Source of the DNA: Eledone cirrhosa
Lineage: Eukaryota
Assembly (NCBI GenBank): GCA_964016885.1
Contig: OZ024749.1
Span: 16,058,001 to 16,122,000, forward strand
Reading direction: 5' to 3'
DNA: 64,000 nt
Both the position numbers and the translations under genes were made by a program. This document shows, piece by piece, positions 45,735 through 60,109 of this stretch. The notes under the pieces are model-generated. The model was not told the origin of the DNA. It did not search any database and was given only the letters and a program-made list of their open reading frames with translations. The stretch's first letter is position 1; each line of letters opens with the position of its first letter.

Positions 45735-46070
45735 ATAATAGTTTCTACTTTTTGGCACAAGGCCAGCAATTATTCCACTGCATTACTGGTACTTTATTTT
45801 ATCGACCCCGTAAAGATGAAAGGCAAAGTTAACCTCGGCGGGATTTGTACTCAGAATGGCAAGGGCCGTAACTCTATCCATCAAAGCATGGCGCCCGTCC
45901 CTCTACCGATTCTGCCAATCCATTAATACGAAATATTGTTTCTACTTTTGGCACAAGGCCAGCAATTACCCAGTGTATTACTGGTATTTTATTTTATCGA
46001 CCCCGTAAGGGTGAAAGGCAAAGTTAACCTCGGCGGGATTTGAACTCAGACCGTAAAGGGCCGTAACTCT
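45735..46070 (-). mobile_element. Two tandem SINE copies
   Basis: Reverse complements of the 38031 family. Confidence 0.88.
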
Positions 46071-46342
46071 TTGCTGTGTGAGATATATAGTATAAGACCG
46101 ATAATTTTTCAAAAGCCAGTACGGTAGAAAATACGAGGGACAAATGAAAGAAAACAAAGTCAGTTATGTCCGTGTGTTTATATAATACAAGGATGATCTT
46201 TTAAGTCTTCATTACGTTTATTGATTGGTGACGCGTGTTTTGCTATTGATCAGCGCAAGGTTCGATATGTATCGATCTGGCCCGACTCTGGAATCAAAAG
46301 CTCGTCGGACCTCTGTTATAGTAATGAGAGAATGACTCCCTG

Positions 46343-46421
<79 letters not shown>

Positions 46422-46729
46422 ATATATATATATATATACATATATACATATATATATATCCATATGTATACATATATATATCAATATATATACATATATA
46501 TATCAATATATATATACATATATATATATATCAATATATATGCATATATATATATACTTAATGGTTTAAACCGTCCAGCCGGTATCTGAGAGATATGTTA
46601 TTCGATTCACTCGTAGCGACCGATGGCAACTTCATCTTTACCGCCTTTAAAGGTCTTCATCTTATTTTATAAGATATTTCAGAGCATCTTCACGCATGAG
46701 CACACCACTCTTTATATATATATATATAT

Positions 46730-47037
46730 TAGAAAGTGAGGGTTTTTTTCCATAATGAAAAAAAAACGAGGTGTCTTACACGAGTGAAAGTAAAAGGAAA
46801 AAAGATGAAATCGAAAATACAACTGGAGTCTTTTTAAAAAATATATATATGTATTTGGTTCCTTTACCGGTTGCATAGTTCTTATGCTTTTCAGAAGTTG
46901 AATTGAGATGGAGGGTTTGTGACCCTCCGTCTCAATTCTACTTTTGAAAAGCACAAGAACTGCGAAACCGGTAAAGGAACCAAATAATTTTTTTTTTTTT
47001 AAAGGACTCCAGTTGCATTTTCGATTTCATCTTTTTT

Positions 47038-47041
<4 letters not shown>
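46730..47041. mobile_element. Hairpin-type insertion with variant hammerheads at 46862-46897 (-) and 46941-46976 (+)
   Basis: Arms centred at ~46920. Motif: ctt TTGAAAA gcacaagaactgc GAAA ccgg TA aag. Confidence 0.78.
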
Positions 47042-47102
<61 letters not shown>

Positions 47103-47174
47103 CTCTTTTACTCTTCTACCTGTTTCAGCCATCCGGCTGAGGCCATGCTGGGCACCGCCCTGTTGCTACACATT

Positions 47175-49050
47175 TTATCTCCAGCCTGTATAGGTTGGCC
47201 ACTGGCGTAAGAGGGAGTTTGTTGCTGCTGCCCTTAGGTTTCCCTCGTGTCTTGCTGTGGGCTCATCAGGGATCCTGGATAACAAGGTGTCGAGATGTTT
47301 CTTAAAGACATCCACCTCCACGTCATGCAAGTCTCTCAGATCCCTCGACAGCCTGTTGAAGAGTTGAGGGCCCTTGAATCCCAGGCTATTGCAATACCTG
47401 CTCCTTATTCTAGATGTGGAAGACGGGACCTTTGGCACCACACAGTGACGTCCTGTTCGACGGTTGGTCCAGTTCCCAATGCCAAAGTTTGGTGCTAGTC
47501 CCTCCAGGATTTTCCACATGTAGATTACTGCGTATCTCTCCCGTCTTCGCTCCAAGGAGTAGAGGTTCAGTTCCTTTAGCCTCTCCCAGTAGCTTGTCTC
47601 CCTCATCTTGGCAATCCTCTTGGTGTAGCTTCGCTGGATTGCCTCAAGCTCCGTGGTTAGTTTGACACTATGGGGTGACCACAACTGGGAGCAGTAGTCC
47701 AGGCGGCTTAGGACAAAAGACCTCCACAGTGTCAACATGGTGTCTCGATCTCTTGTCCGGAAAGTCCTCAAGATCCAGCCAGCGAGTCGTTTGCACATTG
47801 TCGCCACTTTCATGATGTGTGAAGAAAAAGATGCATCATCGCTCATGTCTATGCCCAGGTCTCGTATCGATTTTGATACGGGGATATCGGTCCCTCCTGG
47901 TCCTGTATAGCTGTGTTCCACTATATTTGTGTTTGCAGGTTTGTATTGTAGGGCTTGGAATTTGCCAGCATTAAACTGCATGTTGTTTTCTTCCGCCCAT
48001 TTGTATATGGCATCCAGATCCTGCTGTAAAAGGGCAGCGTCAGCCGGGTTTTTGATTGCCTGTGCTACCTTAGTGTCATCAGCATAGCTAGTGAGGGATG
48101 TTGTTGCATGCACCACAGAGGGAATGTCCGAGAGAGCCACCAAAAACAGTAGTGGTCCCAGGACTGTCCCCTGGGGCACCCCACTTGTTATTGGTGTTTC
48201 CCTCGAGAGGGCCCCATTTGCTGCGACTGCCTGGCTTCTGTCCCTTAGGAAGCCATGCAGCCACTCACCTACTTTTCCAGTTATGCCGAGTCCGTGTAGT
48301 TTGTGACATATTCCGCGGTCGACCTTGTCAAAGGCCTTCGCAAAGTCAAGATATATCACGTCCACATGTGAGCTGTCTAGTAGTTGTCTCAGTACCCAGT
48401 CGTAGTGATGTAGCAGCTGTGTAAGGCAGCTTCTTCCTGGGCGGAAGCCATGTTGCGTGCTAGTCAGGCGGTCATTTTCCTCGAGGAAAGTGATTAGTTT
48501 CTTTCTGACGACTCGCTCCATGACCTTACTGATATGCGATGTCAGGGAGACTGGCCTATAGTTCTTGGCCTCCGCTCTACTACCTCCTTTATGGATAGGG
48601 CATATTGTGCCTTCTTTCAGCTCCCTGGGTAGTACAGCGCTAGCCAAGGATCTTCTGAAGAGCATCTTCAGTGGAGTTGCTAAGGCCTGCTTACATATTT
48701 TTAAGAGAACTGCTGGGAATCCATCAGGTCCAGCAGCCGAGTCTGTTCTAATTTCATCAATAGCGTACACCACATCCTCCTCCGTTATGTCTATGTGGTT
48801 GATGGTTGCCATTTCTTCATGTAGTGTTGTGGCATCAAAGAACTCCTCTGGCTTCGTTATTTGCATGTGCCTCAGTGGACATGTGAACACACTTTTGTAC
48901 TGTTCGTTCAGTATTTCACATATCTCTTGGGGGTTTTCGGTTAATGAACCGTCCGTGTGGAAGAGTGGCCCAATCTTGCAGTGTACTGAGGCAGTTTCTT
49001 TTGCCAATTTAAAGAAGGCCTTAGGGTTTGTTTTAATGTTTTCTATGAAC
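47175..49050 (-). pseudogene. LINE ORF2 reverse transcriptase domain
   Basis: AAGPDG, NYRPVSLTS, QHGFRPGRSCLTQLL, YLDFAKAFDKV, SGVPQGTVLGPLLF, YADD, and C-terminal YWERLKELNLYSLERRRER. It is separated from the APE frame by one frameshift near 49050-49065. Confidence 0.95.
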
Positions 49051-50206
49051 TGTGCTCTTTCTTTTCCCTCTCATTCTCATGGGAAAGTTTGAGTGCAATC
49101 TCGGTGTCAAGTAGTGCACGTTTCAAATAGGATTCCTTCTTGTTTTTGTTATGTTGACTATTCAACTGGTTTGAGAGTTTAGTTCTACGTCTCATAAGGA
49201 TTTTCCTATCTCTGGGAATAAGATTTTTGTGTCTGTTTGCCTCTTTTTCCGGGACAAACTTTTTGCATATAGTGTGTATCGTTGTCATGAAGTGTTGAAA
49301 GTGTGTGTTAGTGTCTTGTGTGGCGGTGTTTTCACTCCATGTTTGCTTCCGGATTTCACTCTTAATCTTTTTCCAGTTAGCCTTGTAGAAGTTAAGGCTG
49401 GATAGCGTCCCGGAGCTTCTTGGTGGTTTTGGCTCCGTTGGTTCTCTTGGACCACATATCATTAGCTCTACTAAGTTATGATCCGAGAGAATTGTTGGTG
49501 TCACCTTTACATTGTGGATGAGCACTTCTTTGTTTGTAAAACAGAGGTCCAGGACATTTTCGCCTCTTGTTGGGAGGAGTATTGCTTGCTCCATGAACAG
49601 CCTGTGTGTGAGGGCCAGCAGGGATTCCGTCTGTCTCTGTTCTATTGACGTCATTCCAGGGAGGAGGTGGCCCTCAGGCCATTTGACCTTTGGTAGGTTG
49701 AAGTCTCCTAGCAGTAGGATGTTGAGACCCTGGTCCAGTTTGTCAAGGACCTCTTCTATCCTACTTAGGCTATCCTCAAATTTACCCTCATGACTGGGGG
49801 CATCGGGCGGCCGATATGTGACACATATTACTGTCTGTAGTTGCTTCATATGTATTATCAGTGTGTCACAGACTGAGTTTGGATGTGTCAACAGTACAAT
49901 TGGTGTGACATCTTCACGGATATACAGAGCAAGCCCACCATGAGTTCTCTCCTTCCTGTCCGAACGAAATACAGTATATTTCGGTATATGTATTTCTGCA
50001 TCTGCTATATTGCTTGTCAGGTGCGTTTCGGTTAGTGCCATGCATAGTGCTTGATTGCTTATGGCTAAGTCTCCCAGGTAGGAAATTTTACTCATGTTAC
50101 TGAATCTCACCAGGCCTCTGACATTCAGCAGCAGCACTGGTGTGACTTTTGGGGTGCCAGTAATGGCTGTCGGTATGACACCTGGTCTGGTGTCAGCGGC
50201 GGCCAC
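49043..50206 (-). pseudogene. LINE ORF2 apurinic-like endonuclease (APE) domain and linker
   Basis: LLNVRGL, ALTETHL, GGLALYI, YRPP, LLGDFNLP, LDLCFTN and SDHNLV motifs. Confidence 0.95.
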
Positions 50207-50772
50207 TCTGGGTCCCTTAACTGTGGTGGTCTCGAGTGCTGGTGTGGATGACCCTGGCTCTGGAGACGATGCAGCCAGGTCAGCTGTCCCACAATCTTCT
50301 CTGCCATCACTAAAAGTTTTTTCTGCTCTGCTGCTGCCATCTGTATCTCGTCGGCATGTGCGTGCCTTCTCCTTGTTGGTGCGGCACGCGCGACATCACC
50401 ATACTTCTGGAGCGGCTTATTTCGGCTTTGGCTGGGGCATGTTGCGCGAGTATGATGGGCATAGTTCGTTTGAGACCTAGGGTGGGCGAATCTGCATCCC
50501 ATCCCTGTCTCTCCATGCCAGCATGTCCCGTTCTTGAAAAACTTGCACATTACTTGGGGTTTTTTGCTCCCAGTGTCTCGGTGCTTTCTGTTCTTCCTTT
50601 GAACAGTTGTCCACTGGTCCCTCTGCGGTTGGTTCTCCTTCGGAAGGTGATTTCGCTTTTCACCTTTGCCCTTTGCTTGTTGGTTGCCCGGCCTGCCCTC
50701 CCTGCCTGTGGCGGAGGGTATATCATTTTCTTTCAGGTCCGTGCTTGTTCTCTCCTCCTTTTCTTTTTCCCT
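50125..50772 (-). pseudogene. LINE ORF1 C-terminal part with CCCH-type zinc finger
   Basis: The frame is open from the (TA)n boundary: [10 protein letters not shown]...[12 protein letters not shown]...CKFFKNGTCWHGETGMGCRFAHP. Confidence 0.75.
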
Positions 50773-50847
50773 ATATATATATAAATATATATATATATAT
50801 AAATATATTTATATATATATAAATATATATATATATATTTATATATT

Positions 50848-50893
<46 letters not shown>

Positions 50894-50915
50894 AATATAT
50901 TTATATATATATATA

Positions 50916-50949
<34 letters not shown>

Positions 50950-50968
50950 AATATATATATATATAAAT

Positions 50969-51006
<38 letters not shown>

Positions 51007-51063
51007 GTTGATTTAAAACTGCACTATCAACAAGTGTTTTTTAGCCTTCATATCATGTTCTCC

Positions 51064-51134
51064 TGTTTTATCTGATGAAAACACAAATATTATTGTTTGA
51101 TGATGTTTGTTTTTGAAATGCGCATAATAAAATA
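51064..51134 (+). ncRNA. Type I hammerhead ribozyme in a solo copy (51005-51262) of the 20591 family
   Basis: tgttttat CTGATGA aaac...gttttt GAAA tgcgca TA ataaaata. Confidence 0.82.
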
Positions 51135-51258
51135 TATGGAACTCCTTTAACCATCTTTTGATCTTATATTATGCATACTCCAGTCCCACAAACTGTAGAG
51201 TGCTTCTTATCCGATATCTGCATTGCTTTATTGTACTACAATAAAACTCACCTCCTAC

Positions 51259-51342
<84 letters not shown>

Positions 51343-51415
51343 TATATATATATATTTATATATATATATAAATATATTTATATATATATAAATATATATA
51401 TATATAAATATAAAT

Positions 51416-51550
<135 letters not shown>

Positions 51551-51570
51551 TATATATATTTATATATATA

Positions 51571-51775
51571 TAGGGAAAAAGAAAAGGAGGAGAGAACAAG
51601 CACTGACCTGAAAGAAAATGATATACCCTCCGCCACAGGCAGGGAGGGCAGGCCGGGCAACCAACAAGCAAAGGGCAAAGGTGAAAAGCGAAATCACCTT
51701 CCGAAGGAGAACCAAGCGCAGAGGGACCGGTGGACAACTGTTCAAAGGAAGAACAGAAAGCACCAAGACACTGGG
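51571..51775 (+). mobile_element. Inverted second copy of the LINE ORF1 5' segment fused to the PLE fragment
   Basis: Reverse complement of 50568-50772 with about 4 substitutions. Confidence 0.9.
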
Positions 51776-52410
51776 CACGTATCAGGAACAAATGCACCGA
51801 CGCTAGAGACCGAGACACACACACCACACATTTCCTGGAAGTACTCAAACTGAACGGATACACGACATCCACCACAAACCGTGCCAGAAAGAACAGAGGA
51901 CACTACACCCGAGGCACTAACACCTGCTTCCTGAAGCTCCCACACTTCAGTGAAGAAACAACAACAGCCATCCGCAGAGCCATCAGACGAGAGGGACTGG
52001 ATATCCAACTGGCCCACTCGGGTCCTTCTCTGCGCGGACGGCTGGCCAAGAGACACTCCACCAGACATGACAACTGCTGCAGACTAGTCAACTGCCCCAT
52101 CAACGACACAGACCTATGTCACCAGGCTTACGTCGTATACAGACTAGAGTGTGACAAATGCAACAACTTCTACGTAGGTAGCACCACCAGACCACTCCAC
52201 ATAAGAATAAAAGAACACCTCAATAATAACGCTTCCTCATTTAAGAAACACCTAGTTAAATGCAAAAACACCGACAAAACCATAACAGTTAGGATAGAAA
52301 CTAAGGAAAGAAACCTCGGCAATCTTAGAATTAAGGAAGCACTAATTATAGATAAAACACAACCACCAATCAATAATAGACTAGAACTCAACACCCAATT
52401 TATAACCTGA
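51776..52410 (+). pseudogene. PLE RT-thumb/linker and GIY-YIG endonuclease
   Basis: LKLNGY...FLKLPH...CCRLVNCPI...C...VVYRLECDKCNNFYVGSTTRPLHIRIKEH...IKEALII...PPINNRLE. Confidence 0.92.
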
Positions 52411-52948
52411 TAGGGCCTCTAGCCCCATATTTACACCCCCCCCACACACACGCACGCGCACACACACACACACGCTGACACCTCCACTTATTCTCTCTCA
52501 CACATACACACACAAAACCAGTTCTAACACCAGATAACACCTACCCCCACATTTACGCATAGACCTATCTTCTCACACTCACACACACACACCCACATAC
52601 CTACACCTTCATGCATTCTCCCACACACTTATACAGGCATGTATATAAAATAAAAACAAAAAAAACCCCTAAACAAACCCCTTTTAAAGGGAGACTACTC
52701 TTTATCCACCTAATTTTAATTCTTTGATATTAGAGATAGAGCAGATACTCTATACTATTTCCTGTCAGCATGGCTTGGCTAGATATTTAGAGCGCTGGTT
52801 TGAGACCTTTATTTCCCTCCGAAGAAGAGATATTATCTCGAAAATTAATGACATTTAAATAAATTCAAGGTAAAGGACGAATTGTCAACAATATCTTTTA
52901 CAATTGCATTCTTTTTTCTATGTCCATACCTGCATTGTTTTGGCTTTA
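51776..52948 (+). mobile_element. 5'-truncated Penelope-like element of a second clade (Naiad/Poseidon-like) with 3' UTR and variant hammerhead
   Basis: The ORF runs to 52410, followed by a CA-rich UTR and a hammerhead-like motif at ~52815-52870. The element ends at (TA)n. The clade assignment is from motif recollection only. Confidence 0.85.
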
Positions 52949-52964
52949 TTACACATATTCAAAC

Positions 52965-53060
<96 letters not shown>

Positions 53061-53072
53061 ATATATATATAC

Positions 53073-53142
<70 letters not shown>

Positions 53143-53152
<10 letters not shown>

Positions 53153-53550
53153 AGAATCAAAGCTATGTTCAAAGCATTTATTCACTTACAATTGTTTCAT
53201 CCAAACCTACGCTTGGTGTCTTCGGCGCATTTTTCAATATTTGTACACATAAGTAACCTCCTTTCCAACGCAAGAGACCTACAGATACATATGTATATAT
53301 TGAGGTACATATATACATATACATATACATATGTATCTGTATGTCTCTTGCGTTGGAAAGGAGGTCAATTATGTGTACAAACATTGAAAAAGGCTCCGAA
53401 GACTAGAAGCCTAGGTTAGGATGAAACAATTGTAAGTGAATAAATGCTTTGAACATAGCTTTGATTCTTGTGAATTCTATATAACTGCTCTGTAGAACAT
53501 TGATCTATTTATCTTACTGGTAATAAGGTAGTAATAAATTACTGACCTTT
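53143..53550. mobile_element. Hairpin-type insertion with CCGAAGA-core hammerheads at 53184-53228 (-) and 53393-53437 (+)
   Basis: Arms centred at ~53310, with the tail on the right. Motif: gct CCGAAGA...GAAA caattg TA agt. Confidence 0.75.
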
Positions 53551-53619
53551 ACTGTTTAGAGTTTAAAATATATATAACTATAAAAAGTTTTAGTATATAC
53601 ATAACCATAAATAGTATCC

Positions 53620-53698
<79 letters not shown>

Positions 53699-53989
53699 GA
53701 AAACGGTTGGCTTCTTGCTACAGTAATTTCTATACTTTTCATTTATATATATATATATATTCATATATTGGTAAACGGAATAGAAAATGCTGACAAATTT
53801 TTCACAGTGAAAAATAGTTTAATTAGGAATAAGTGAGAATTGTAATTATATTGGTTAGTATTCAGTTTTGGTTTTAAGTTTTACCGGTTGCGCATTTCTA
53901 AATGCTTTTCAAAAATAATTTTGAGATAGAGCGTCCGTGATGTTTGCTCTGATCCGTATATATAAATATATATATATATATTTAAATAT

Positions 53990-54068
<79 letters not shown>

Positions 54069-54080
54069 AATAATATATAT

Positions 54081-54131
<51 letters not shown>

Positions 54132-54727
54132 CTACAATGAAATTAATAGTTAATATATTCAGTCGAAAGATATTGAAGATTGAACTCATCTAAGGACTTA
54201 TTTGAATATCGAAAATCTAAAAAGACACAAAATCATTGGAGTGTAATCGATAACATTATCAACTAGACATCAATATATAGTCGTTTGTATGTATATATAT
54301 ATATATATGTGTGATGGGGGGGGGGGCTTGTTTGTGTCTGTGTACACATATATATGCTTGCATATATGATTATGTGTTCTTTATATGCACACACACATAC
54401 ATATATAATATATATGTATGTAAGTATATGTTCCTGTGTCGTATATATATATATATATATATTATTATTATTACTATTATTGTTGTTGTTATTCAATAGC
54501 CTCCCCTCTCCCTACCTCTCTTATATAACCTGTCCTACTGATCTCTCTATTATATTTGATATATTTTATTACATCAAAACTTATCTGAAATAAATCTAAT
54601 TTAATAACATATCTTGTATTTTGTTGAACACTCTAGTATTCTTTCTCGCATGAAACTATATTCTCGTCTTATTAGTTAAGAGATTTTTTTAACCGTCTTT
54701 CAATTTCAATGTTAAATTCGTTTAACC

Positions 54728-55069
54728 CAGAGGTTCTCAAATGTTTTGGGCCACCGATTCTCTCAGGCCACGTAATACCCTCAGCGTCCTCCACCAAAGA
54801 GACCTACCTATACGCAAATTCTAAATAACATGTAATAAATAATATTGTTAATTTATGTATAATATATAATTCATACTATGTATAAATAAATATTATATTT
54901 TTTTTATTTTATTTTACTATATTTATATGTAATATGTATCATTTGATATTTAGTATACTATTATATCATCTCTAGCATCTCCTTAGGCCCAAGCGCCCCA
55001 CCCCAGGCCTTCTCAATGCCTCTCGGGTCAGAGGTAGGGGGCTGTAGGGTCCACTTTAAAAACCTTTTG
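54728..55069. mobile_element. Possible hAT-type MITE
   Basis: Termini cagaggttctcaaa and tttaaaaaccttttg. A ~30-bp flanking duplication (tcaatgttaaattcgtttaacc) replaces a clean 8-bp TSD. Confidence 0.45.
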
Positions 55070-55837
55070 GTCGTCTTTAAGAGTCAATGTTAAATTCGTT
55101 TAACCGAACACGTTTGAATGTAAGGTTCTACAACGAAGTAAGGCTGTTTTAATGCCACGTGATTGGAATAGTTTACGCTAATCTCTCGTGCTGTTAATAC
55201 GGATTAAGGGCTTACGCTGGGTCTCCTTTTTAACTTTTGTTACATGTAGTACTGTGTCGTGTTTCCCCCTCTCTAGCGGTATGTTTTGTCTGTGTTTTTC
55301 TTCTGTTTATTTTCTTCTTCTGACATTCTCTTCGCTATCATTTCTGCTTTTTTATTGTTTGTTTTGTTCCCTAATAACTATTCCTCGTAGTTATTAACGC
55401 ACTGGGGTGAGATGTACTGTCCTTAATGCGTCAAAACATCAGCGACCCACAGAAGACAGCCGAAGATCGAGAATTGTACTTACGTTTTCTAAACGTATAT
55501 ATATATACATATATATATCGGCTGAATGGTTCATATAAGAACCATTCAGCCGTACCTCGTAGGTCGACCCGAGGCTACAGTAAATGGCACATACCCAAGT
55601 CGTTAAGCTGTGAGATTGATCTCACGACCCAATGGTTATGAAACTAGTCTTAGCCATGCAACCATTCTGTGTCCATTAATATAGCTAGCTGTATTCTAAA
55701 ATGTTAGAATTCCATCAGGTTCAATGACATATCTATGACAGCGTCTATCATAATGTTGCTGGAAATATCGTTAAATAAAACTATTCCATCTTATTCTATG
55801 GTGCATATATATGCAGACATGTATATGTATATGCATG

Positions 55838-55869
<32 letters not shown>

Positions 55870-56295
55870 GGAAAAGAGTCAGGACCCCGATGGTTGAGCT
55901 CCGTTCAGATCTAGTTGTCGAAACGGCTGAAGCTCAGCCGTCGGACTCCTGACTCTTTTCCAATTACCCACTCTACTACCCTAAGTATCGAGTACTCTGG
56001 TGAGTTATGGTCCATCTATATTTTCGCTTGTTTTCAAAGACCAGCTGTTGCAAGAGCCGGAGGGATCGTCCTGGTGAGAACCAGTTCAGTTCAAAATGCA
56101 TCGACGAATGTCCCCCTTGCTTCTGCTGCACACTGCCATGTGGCGATAGCTGCCGGTGTTTTTGCAGAGTTACGGCTTTCTAAATGCTTATTTATAAACA
56201 TACCGTATTTCTTTAGAAATACATATCTGTATACATCTATACTCGAAGTTAAATTCTAATTCTATTACATATATATATATATGTGTGTATTTTTT

Positions 56296-56428
<133 letters not shown>

Positions 56429-57085
56429 CGACAAGGTCTCTCTACTCCTTTAACAAAGCTAGCGATGTCATTAATGAATTCCATTCCATCCAGTGTTCTA
56501 TGTGACATGTTTATGACAAGTTCTCTCCCATTTACAATACTACCGTTTCATATATATCTATCTATGAACCAATGACGACAACGCCTGTATTTTTATTGCT
56601 CGCGATATGATAAAATACTACCATTTCATCAGCTTCTATGATATATATCTACGTATCAATGACAAGAAATGTCTTTTATTCATTCCAGTTGATTCTGGTG
56701 ACATTCAAAGAGAAATTCATTCGATTCAACGATATTTTTATTTTATTTTATATATGTTTACCTATATTTTTCAAATTTTAGTCAAAGTTGGACAAAAAAA
56801 GTATGAATGAATTTCTTTGAAAAATTACTTTGGAAGTTTCTACATATGCATCTGTATCCGTTTGTGCGTGTTGTGGAGTAGTGTGTATGTATGTGTGTGT
56901 TTGCATAAATATGTATTTATACATGTGTGTGTGTGTGTGTATACATATATATAGAAAGAGAGACATAGGTATGATTGTATACATATATCTATCTATATAT
57001 GTGCATATATATATATGTATACATCTTGTATATATATATATATATGTGTATACATCTATATATATATGAACATACATATGTGTGG

Positions 57086-57121
<36 letters not shown>

Positions 57122-57254
57122 ATGCACAAAAGCTAAAATATACATTTGATTTTTAAAAAAAGAAATGTTAAATGTATGTGTTTGTATTTGTGTGTCTATA
57201 CTTTAGATAAACAAGCTTATATAAGGGCATTGCATAAATACACACAGGGGTATA

Positions 57255-57301
<47 letters not shown>

Positions 57302-57433
57302 GGAGGGAGAGAGAGCGAGGAGTTATAGTCAGAAAGAACCAATATATCTATAAACCAAATTCTTATTTCAAAGAAGACATAACTCCAGTGAAACATCATT
57401 GAATAGCGCAAACTTTGACTTTTCACTCACAGT

Positions 57434-57507
<74 letters not shown>

Positions 57508-57619
57508 CTATATATGTATATATATATATTACCCGTTGCCATGGAACAGCTGGCCTTCAACTAACCGTTGCAGCTTTTATAGCTATATTCTCTCTCTCTC
57601 TATATATATATAAATATAT

Positions 57620-57715
<96 letters not shown>

Positions 57716-57810
57716 GGACTAATTTTATAATATGTAACCCATGTGCAACCACGCAGTTTTCCTCTTTCTTCCCATGTCTTTTATATATATAAATAAATAT
57801 ATATATATAA

Positions 57811-57975
<165 letters not shown>

Positions 57976-58694
57976 CGTCTGTGTGAGTATGCAGGTTCGT
58001 ACGTATGTAGGGCGTGTGTATATGTGTACTTCATGTTTTAGTTGACTTACGTCTCCGAACATTCGTGTATTTATATGTAGGTATGTGTGTGCGCTTGTTA
58101 TATACGTATTTATTTATTTATATACGTTTATATAATTATTTATTTATTCGTATACACGCATACACACACACACATATATATATGTGCGTGGTTTCGTATA
58201 ACTATGGTAAGGTTTTGCGTATGCTTTTGTATGTACGTATTTGTTTGCGTGTATGTATTTATTTATTTCTATTACTTCTGTATTGTATTTATTTACTTTG
58301 TTCTTAACTCTGTAGCGGAGATTCATTGGGTCTCCTAGTTAGAATTTTAGTCTACGACTTCTGTTATACCATTTACGTGGTTTTGTCTTTGCGTGCTATT
58401 GTTCTCCACGATCCACATATGACTTATTATCTTCGTTTTTTCGTTCATTGCCAGAGAACGTCTCTATGAGCCACCTAACAGAACATTAGTCTACGACCTC
58501 TTTTATACCATAAACGTGGTTCTGTCTTTGCGCGTAATTGTTTTTCACCGCTCCTATTAATGACGTATTATATTCGTTTTTTCCCGTTCTTTGCCAGCGA
58601 ATGTTACCACGAACCAAAGTATCGTCTCCCTGTCTTCCTCCGGTTGCAACGTTTTTTGAAATATCCACTTCTGCGTTTACAGATTGACTTTGTT

Positions 58695-58745
58695 AGTTTC
58701 AGAAGATCCCGTTAAGGGTGAAAGCAGCGATTCTTTGCTTAAACT
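58695..58745 (+). ncRNA. Hammerhead ribozyme, U4A variant
   Basis: agttt CAGAAGA tcccgttaagggt GAAA gcagcgattctttgc TT aaact. All three helices pair. Confidence 0.65.
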
Positions 58746-58761
58746 TTAATCTGTTATTTTA

Positions 58762-58807
<46 letters not shown>

Positions 58808-59691
58808 GTATATATGTATATATATATATGTGTATATATATATATATATTAGTAAAAGGAAAAGAAAATGCTGACAAATTTTTTCCCAGTGAAAACTAGT
58901 TTAATTAGGAATAAGTATAAATTAGTAATAAGTATTGGTTAGTATTCAGTTTTAGTTTTAAGTTTTTCCGGTTGCGCATTTCTAATGCTTTTCAAAAATA
59001 ATTTTGAGATAGACCGCCCGGGATATTTGCTCTAATCTGATCAGTTTTGGAAATTCTTCCTGTTTTATGTGAAAAATGTGGCTTAAGAGGTATTAAAATT
59101 ATGAATGAGTACTATAAATTTCGCGCCAATTCGTGTTGCAAAAATTCTTTCCACCATAAACACCACCATCAAACCCTTCACCACCGCCACCAGTAATTCT
59201 ATCGATCGTTACGAAGGTGATATATATAATAACATTGAACTCGATCTGTTTTATACACCCACACATTGTCTGACGATCACAACTAGTTGTCACTGCCTGT
59301 ATTTGTAGAGACGTTGGTGTATATGTACGTTGTACATATATATATATATTCAAATCAATAGACAGCGAAAGACGCGTTCCGAGTTGTCCGACAGACAACC
59401 TTTTCCCCCATCCCGGAAAAAACCCCAGTTGATGGATGTGAATCCAAAATATATAGGGACTATTAAATCTCTCCCAAGGTAACTCTCTCTCTTGTGTTGT
59501 TATTATTATTTTTATTCTTTTACTGTTCCCTTCATTCTACACATCTCATACATCTTATACACACCACGCATCTCAACGTACACCCACTTAAATATCTCTC
59601 TCTCCGCCACCGGACCTTGTTACCCGGAGATTTACCCATTTGTATTGTCGAGGCTTCCAAACGACTTATAAATATATATATATATATACGT

Positions 59692-59734
<43 letters not shown>

Positions 59735-59763
59735 GTTGTACATATATATATATATATACGTTG

Positions 59764-59827
<64 letters not shown>

Positions 59828-60109
59828 TGTGTGTGTGTATATGTATGTATGTATGTGTGTATGTGTGGATATGTATGTGTGTGTATGTGTGGATATGTGT
59901 GTGTGTATGTGTGTATATGTGTGTGGATATGTCTGTGAATATGTGTGTGGATATGTGTGTGTGTGTGCGTATGTGTGTGTATGTGTGGATATGTGTGTGT
60001 GTGTATGTGCAACACAATACAAGCTATATCCAATATCAGTCTTTCATCTTTTCACATCAAAAAATTCAGACATTATACAACCGACATTTGACTTAGATTT
60101 TAACAACAA

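Larger units (their letters stand above)
47098..50772 (-). mobile_element. CR1-group non-LTR retrotransposon (LINE), 5'-truncated in ORF1
   Basis: It contains an ORF1 fragment with a CCCH finger, then APE and RT domains. The short 3' UTR ends in cagcatggcctcagccggatggctgaaacaggtagaagagtaaaagagta with a short tandem tail. Both flanks are (TA)n. Confidence 0.93.

Noticed and set aside
51776-52948. Selenoprotein-type PLE (in-frame UGA plus SECIS, reported for some Naiad elements)
   Set aside because: There is no internal UGA in the retained ORF and no SECIS I can recognise.
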